From Flaccisagitta enflata (taxonomy: Eukaryota), in the NCBI GenBank assembly GCA_965153355.1, contig OZ231126.1, positions 7,068,001 to 7,132,000 on the forward strand: 64,000 nt of DNA, given 5' to 3'. The position numbers and the translations under genes are program-made. Positions 54,501 through 62,690 of the stretch are shown piece by piece; the stretch's first letter is position 1, and every line of letters starts with the position of its first letter. The notes beneath the pieces are model-generated. The model did not search any database and was not told where the DNA came from. It saw only the letters and a program-made list of their open reading frames with translations.

Positions 54501-57500
54501 CTTGATCGATGACCATTTAAATCACGCTGTACCACAAATTCATAATTGTTAGTTTATAGCGCATCTTAGGTAGTCGTGCCGAATGCTTTTTGTTTGCCAC
54601 TGTCATTTCTTCTCACTATTGACAGACGGCAATGACGTTTTACGGTCCGATGGAAATACCTCAAGAAGAACTCAGTCTGGAATTTCCCGTCTCTAACAGC
54701 GCAAATAAACGTAATGCTAATAGTTGTAAAAAAAACTTGTAATACTAGTAGTAGATAGCTAACAGAAATGAGCAAAAAGACATGATGCTTGTAGTAGTAA
54801 GCTAAAAGACATGATCAAATAGACAGGCGCAAATATACTGAATGTTAGTACAGACGGGACCCTAATAAGAGCGGAGGAGGGACCCAAAGTTTTAGCATCA
54901 CCCCCTACAGCCTATATGGCTCAAGCAATTTACTTAGTTGCTATAGCGGATTACACCTTGGGTGGATACAATTGGCGCGATTTTTGAATTTCCACCTAGA
55001 ACACCCCCAAATTTTCAAAATTGAAGAAAAAAATGGGTTTAATTTTTTGAGGGTCCAGAGGGTGATTTTGCAAAATCTAAGGGTGTTCTAGGTGGAAATT
55101 CAAAAATCGCCACAGTGGCGCCGATTGTATTCACCTAAGGTGTAAATTGCCGGAGCAAGTGAGAGAAATGCTTGAGCCATTTGAGCTGTAGGGGGTGATG
55201 CTAAAACTTTGGGTCCCTCCTCCGCTCTTATTTGGGTCCCGTCTGTAGACGTTAACTAACAAACAAAGGGTAAAAGACGAGCAAATAGACAAAATGCTAG
55301 TGGTGAGAGGCTTGGGAGAGCTAGAGGTAGAGGGCGGTGCTATATGTGTTGGGGACCCATAAAGTGACGATATCATCCAAACTCGACAACCAAACCTTGG
55401 TGGTACATCATTCCTAACTGTCCAGACCCCCACCTGGGTAGGAATTCTCCCAAAAGGGTCGGCGCATCATGGATACATATCATTACCACTTGACCACTGA
55501 TTTTTTAGGAAAAAAGGTCTTTTTTCTATATAGCGGTTCTTTTAAACTGATATTGCATACAGAAAAGACTTCAAAATCATTTCAAGGCGAGTGACTGAGA
55601 TGAGCAACGTACAGTGCAATGTTTAATTATGTCTACATCTTTAAGATTGCTGTGAGTTGCTGCAATTTTACTACGATATTGCAGCAAATTGCGGCAAAAC
55701 ACCAAAATTTTGGAAAAAGTGGGAAAAAATTTCCGGAGGTTGATGATCAGTAAATTGTGTTTTTTTCAGTTGAAATATGTATTGCAGCAAAATGCATTTT
55801 TATTAGTTTTTAATATCCAAAATTAACACCCTAGCATTTTTGACAGCAGCTTGCAGCAAATCATATTTTATGCAATTACGCGACTAAAAATAGAAACTGA
55901 TCAGCCGTAAACTACTTAATCGAAAGATGAGAAACTTACGGGAGTAATGCTGTCTTGGAGAAGGATGAAAAGTTCAGTATAGATAAACTACTCTTCTTTA
56001 AATGACACTTTAAGAATAGTCGCATCACATGGTCAGCAGTACCCATGCCCTGCCTAAGTAGGTTGTGGTAAAACTTGAAAGGCAGCAGAGCAGCGGCCCC
56101 AAAGGGGTTGATGACCTGTTCTTTTACACATATGGGGGCTTTTTGGGCAGCGGCCCCGAAGGGGACGAAGTCCTGTAGAACACAGGGGGACTTTCGTTCG
56201 TTCGTCCGTTCGTTAGTTCGTTAGTTCGTCCCCCCCCTTATCAGGCCCCTCAGGCCTAAAATCTGGCCTCTCAGGCCTCAAATCCAGCCTCTCAGGCCTC
56301 AAATCCAGCCTCTCAGGCCTCTAATCCAGCCTCTCAGGCCTCAAATCCAGCCTCTCAGGCTTCAAATCCAGCTTCTCAGGCCTCAAATCCAGCCTCTCTG
56401 GCCTCAAATCCAGCCTGTCAGGCCTCAAATCCGACCTCTCAGGCCTCAAACCTGGCCTTTCAGACCTCAAACTAGGCCTCCCAGGCCTCAAATCAAAATT
56501 CCCATGCCTCAAACCTATCCTCTCATGCTTCAAATTAGGCCTCAAGTTAGTCCTCTCATGCTTCCAATTGGCATTCTCAGGCCTTACATCAGCCTTCTTA
56601 ACCTCAATTTAAGCTCTTGAAGGCCTTCAGTCAACCCTCTATGTAGCATCTCATCCAGGTAAAGCAGAACGAACGAAAGTCCCCCTGTGTTCTACAGGAC
56701 TTCGTCCCCTTCGGGGCCGCTGCCCTGCTTCCCCTCACTCTAACTCACAATCACTCAAAGCAGGGCAAAGGGTATCGCTGACCATATATTGCCCTTGGGC
56801 GACCTGTTTCCTCCTCCTTCTCCTCCTCCCCTCCTCTCCTCCCCTCCCCTCTGACTTAGATCCTAGGCTCATGGCCCCAACCCCAGCCTCAAGGCCCAAA
56901 TCCCAGCCTTGAGGTCCAAATCCCAGCCTTGAAGCCCAAAACCCTCCCTTGAGCCCAAATCCCAGTCTTGGGGATTCAACAATAGGATTTGGGCTTCAAG
57001 GTTGAGATTTGGGCCTTAAGACTGGGATTTGGGCCTCAAGGTTGGGATTTGGGCTTCAAGGCTGGGATTTGGGCCTAAAGGCTGAGATTATGACCCCAAG
57101 GCTGGGATTTGGGCCTTGGAGCTAGGATCTGAGTCAGGGCGGGGGGGGGTACAAAAAAGAAGGATAAGGAGAGGAAGGAGGAAAAAACCCCATATGTGTG
57201 AAAGCATAAGTCATCGACCCTTTTGGGGCCGCTGCCCAAAAAGTAGAGACCATACTTTAATGAGTAATGAGCGCTTCGAAACAAGGAAAAAATTGCAATG
57301 AATGAAATATTAGAATTGAGAAATGGAATTGAAATTGAAAAAACGAATTAGAACTGAAAATTCAAATTTGATTGAGATTGAAATTGTACAATTGACTCAG
57401 TGACTCAATGCTTGTTTTCTCCATTTGACAAATGTTTTTGTTGGCGGCCTTTCCCTCAATCAGGGAAAGAGATTTTGCGAGGACATGGGAATTACTGGTG

Positions 57501-60500
57501 GAATTCAGTTCTTTCTTGCCGCAGATTTTTTTTCCGAATCCATGGCCATAGCGAAGCTTTAATTCGAGTAGCTTTATCGCTTTAGGCTGTTGTACATAAA
57601 ACCAAGTCAACCCTTAGCCCTAACACTAACTCAAAATTAAAGAGCATTCAAATTGATGCGTGACATCCCCACGGCGTAGATGTGACAAGAAATGCGTGAT
57701 TTGCACTGGCAAAATAGACATAAGGACTGACAGACCAATGGATGGACTGACAGACAGAACTACCGATAAACCATCTAAGAACACATCTAAGAAGCATCTT
57801 GGACAAAATCAAAATCGACTGTTAATCTCTTGACTTGAATCGAAGATATCACAAAAAATTTGACTGGCTAGAAAATTGTCAAAATTGCCACAGAGACACA
57901 GACAAAATAATTCAAGGAATAAGGCTGGACATACGGCAATCTTGTCATAGATGGACCGACAGACCGACTGACACGGCAGGGTGTAGAGTCACGTGTCCAT
58001 GACTAAAAACGGTTAAGCGGTGAAATTGTACTTAGATTCATCTGTTCGTCCGTTATATTCACTGTTCCCCATTTGATAACAAAATGTTCAATGCATCATT
58101 ATTGTTAGTTAATCCAATGAAAGAACAAGGACGAAATTCGACCAATAGGCCAATAAGGTGCGACATGTGGATTGTTGAACGAATGCGTCACCCAACCGAC
58201 CGACCGACAGACAGACACAGCCAGTTATAGAGGTGCTTTGTCGCACCTAAAAAGACGCACCTGTGTAAGTGACGAAATAGGTATCAAAATTGATTTAAAC
58301 TTTTTTGAGAGAAGACATTTTTGAAGATTTTCAAAAAATCATTCTAGACCAATCTAGACCAATCTCAGCTCTGTATCACAAACGGTTTAGACGCTAGAGC
58401 CCTGAGCTGAATTCACGACTACCCCAGTCGCATGCAGGTGGTCAGGGGCAGTATTTAAGGTCACTAAAGCATTTTGACAAGAGCAGTGAGACCAAAGACA
58501 GTAAAAAAATTCATTGGTTTTTTGTTCCATTAGTCGATGACAGGTGGAACAACATCCCTCACTATACCCAAACTGAAAAATACGGAAGAGGGCCTTGTGA
58601 GCCCTCACTGACTAGTTACTACGCGCATCACTCCTAGTTTTCCATTAAGCAAAACTAACTTGCAAACATCCATTATGAGTCCAACCCAAAACACCAATGC
58701 TTACCAAAATAAATAAGGGCCAATAATTGTTACCTTTATTACCAAAATCCAACAAATCACCCAAGGGTACCATTGTTAATAAACCATACCCTTGAAGGAT
58801 AGAATCGAGGTCAAGCTTACTGCGACCGCCGGACATTCTTATCCAAGGTACTGAGTAGTATAATGATAGTCAAAAGTTGCAAAAGTGTTCGATGGTCAGC
58901 GGTACCCAATGTTCCTAGGTTAGTGTGTGAGGTTGAGATGGTGACAGGGGCAGCAGCCCTTGGGGGACCAATGACCTATGCTTTCACATATGGAAAAAAA
59001 TTTCCTCTCCTCCTCAAGGAGAGGGTCTTGAAGCTACGATTTGAGCTTCAAGACTGGGACTTTCAGCTAGTTATGAGGTTGAGATTTTGGACTTCTGGGC
59101 TGGGATTTGGGCTTTGGAGCTAAAATTTAGGTTTCCGGGCTGGGATTTAGGTCTTGGGATCAGATATTGGGCTTGGGACTAGGATTTGGAGTTTGAGGCT
59201 GGGATTTGGGCCTTATAGCTGAGATGTGAGCCTCACGGATGGATGGACAACAGGTTGTAGTTGCGTGCACGCGACTTAAAACCATATTCTTAAAGTGCAT
59301 TCATTAGCCCCACTAGATATGAATGAAAGAATGAGTAAAAAAATGAATAAATGAATGAATGTTTTGCATGCATGAGATAGTAAATGAACAAATAAAAAAA
59401 ACAATGAATGAGTAAACAAATAAGCAACCCTGGGTTACAAGACCATCCCAGACAGGGCAAAAATGTGCGTTTTTACTGTTTTGGGTTATGGCCCCACAAA
59501 CCATCAGACCTTACCTCTTATAGAGATTCAAAGACATGGGAAGAGTAAAAGAGTCTAAACATTTCAAAATTCTACCCATTTGTTAAAAAATGCACTGTGG
59601 AATCAAATTTGAAGCAAGGCAAAAAGAGTGACATGAAGGAGAAAATGCTTGGTTCGTTCATCTTTGTAGTTTTCCTCCTCCTCCTCCTCCTCCTCCTCCT
59701 CCGAGGCAGGGCCACGGGCCTTTCGAGAGTTTGAGAGCTCTCCGAGAGTTTGAGAGTCTCTGAGAGCTCTCAAAGGACTCTTTGAGACTCTTCAAGATCT
59801 CACTCCTCTCTGAGAGCTCTCATTGAAGGAGGCTCTGAGAGTATATACCAAACCATGTTTCTGCATTGCTATGGTTGCAGAAAAACATTTGCTTTTTAAA
59901 TGCGCCAAAACATCTGTATGAGAGATTGGTAAATCTGTTTGTCTGTTAGTTTGTCTGTGTATGTATTTATCTGTTCCACCACTGGTTGTTTGGTCATGCT
60001 TAATGCACATATCAATCAACTTGTTCTGGTTTTAATTTTTTGTAAAATGATATTTCATCTGATTTTCCATATCCTTAATCTCCCTGATACACAGCTACCT
60101 TATTTGTTTGAGGGTTGGCAAGAACAGAACTGAATAAAGTTAACCAAGCATTCTGGTAGGGATATTGATGCAAAAAGCATCCATATACATCCAACAAGCC
60201 TGGACAGGCAACTTGATGCATCATGTGCATGATATTACAACCTTGGAAAAAAGTATACCGACACCTAAACAATTTATTGATTAATTCACTAGAAATTGAC
60301 TAAAACATTTCAATGAAAGTGATAGGTTGTTGTATAGTGTTTTTACCTTACAGATGATTCAAGTTTTCCATAATTCATGCACTCTAGACAGCTTTTTAAT
60401 TTGTTCAGAATGATTTAGTTTCACATCTCTAAAACAAACTTGCTGAACCAATCATTCTGGATATAGGTTTATTGTTTTGCTTGTAACTTCTAAACGATTT

Positions 60501-62550
60501 AAGCTACAGAAACCAGATTGCGCTCATCTTAAAGAGTTTTTGATGAAGATTATTTTGCCTTTTTTTACAAAAGTTTCTAGTTTTTCTAGAAGCCAAGATA
60601 TCTTTAATAAAAACCCAGTAAAAAATTGACTTCTTCATTCTTGATATTTTCGCATTTTGGAAAAGTAATGTTTTTACTCTTTTGCTTGCCATTTCTAAAC
60701 GGTCAAAGCTACAAGAACCAGATTGCATTCATTCAGAAGATAATTTGACAAAGATTAATTCCTTTTTTAAAAAAAGTTTCTAGCCTTTCTAGAAGCGGAG
60801 ATATCTTTAGTTGAAGTTGTCGGTATACTTATTTCCAAGGTTGTAGAGTTGGTGTACAGTCCAGATGGATCCATGGACTCACAGACCAATAGACTGACTA
60901 TTTAACCATAGTAATTTATATTAGGTATTGAAAACAGATTTTTTTACATCAAAATATAAAATATACAAATACAAAAAGATAACAAAAACAGAACGTACAA
61001 TACATGCATAATAGAATTTCATAGACAATAACCAAACCAACATTTAAAACATCTATAACCATAATTCAGTTTTGTGGATGTTTTGAAACAAGATTTTTAT
61101 AGTCTATAGAAAGCAAAGAATCATGTTTTAGATAAATCCTAGCATACTCCAACATCACCTCATTATGATTTTGACCTAAATTTGCTTAATGATCTCACAT
61201 TTTAGGTTCAAAAGAGGAGGAGGACTGGGAGGACCTCTTCCAGACCAAAGAGACTGAGCTGGAGGAGGAGAATGATTTTGATTATGGTAGAAGCGACAAA
61301 ATCATAGATATGGTTTGGTCATCCCTGCAAAGCTCTCAATCACCCCAAAAGTAGCTCTCAAAAGCCCCGTGGCCCTAATTGCCTCCTCCTCCTCCTCCTC
61401 CTCCTCCTCCTCCTCCTCCTCCTCTCCTCTCCTCCTTTTCCTCCTGATTTTTTATATTCAATAACTTAATTCCTTTTTTCATCAAAAGCTTATGCCAAAC
61501 AGCATTAGCTTTATACCAAGATTTTAACATGAGTGCCAATAAGATGACATTGTGGAGAAATGAAGGAAAAATGGAAAATTGCTGAAAAAACGCATTTGGA
61601 GGGATAAAACCATCAAAAAAACAAGTGCAATGCGCCGACCCTTCTCATTATAAATGGATACCTTTTCATGTCTTTCCCATTTTATATGTTGTTCCTACAT
61701 TGAAAACTGTCCGAGTATGGCAGTTTTAACTTTGCACCTCCCTCTACTAGAGGTAGCATTGTGGAGCTCATGTATTTGCAGAATGTTTGTTACTGGTATT
61801 ACGTTGAACGATGTTGAGTTGATCTGTATCATATGGGCCATGTTTATTTCTATCTTCGTCACTTGATGGCAGATCGTGAAGAAGTTGTGGCCAAATTATT
61901 TGTGATCCCACATCATCATTCCAATATCACAGCCTCACAAAAAGGAGTCAATCTACAAGACATAAAGGATGAGGTTTGTTTGTCTGTTGCAGAGATTAGG
62001 TATCGAGATCCGGCAATCCGTGTAACGGATAGGATATATGGGATAACGGATAACGGATAAATCACCATGAAAACCGATCGCTCCTCTTCCTCCTTCTCCT
62101 CCTCTTCTTCCTCCTCCTTCTTCTCTTCTATTCTTCCAAGATCCTTTGTTTCTTTAAGTCGATCTTATCTCTCTCTCTCTCTCTCTCTCTTAATATCTCA
62201 CTTTTAACAGTGTTTAAGCCAAAATATGATAGGTGGAACAATATATAATAGTAAGTATAGTGGTAATGTTGTCCATCTTTCATAACAAGGATTTCCATGA
62301 GTCAAATGCAATGAACCTTTTACAAAATCTGTTCCTTTTACTTAGATAATGTGTAACCTTATGTAAATAACGTCCAGTTATTTAGGGATAACGACCTTAC
62401 CATAAAATGGCGGATTTTTACCATATAACGACCTCATAACGGCCGACCACTGACGCTCAGTAACGCTAATCTCTGGTCTGTTGGCGTATTTGTTTGTCTG
62501 TTGGCGTATTTGTTTGTCTGTTGTTGTTGTGATTGTGGCTGTTGTTGTAT

Positions 62551-62582
<32 letters not shown>

Positions 62583-62616
62583 GCTGTTGTTGTTGTTGTT
62601 GCTGTTGTCGTTGTCG

Positions 62617-62650
<34 letters not shown>

Positions 62651-62653
62651 AGG

Positions 62654-62690
<37 letters not shown>

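Noticed and set aside
57464-57567. Possible extra exon ([12 protein letters not shown]...) after ctcaatcag
   Set aside because: No phase-1 donor found; exons 54626 and 61873 join in frame without it
58515-58640. VDDRWNNIP, resembling the CR1/L2 ORF2 end
   Set aside because: Too short to support a call
60150-60240. Minus-strand [13 protein letters not shown], resembling a hAT transposase CxxH region
   Set aside because: Single short motif with no continuous frame
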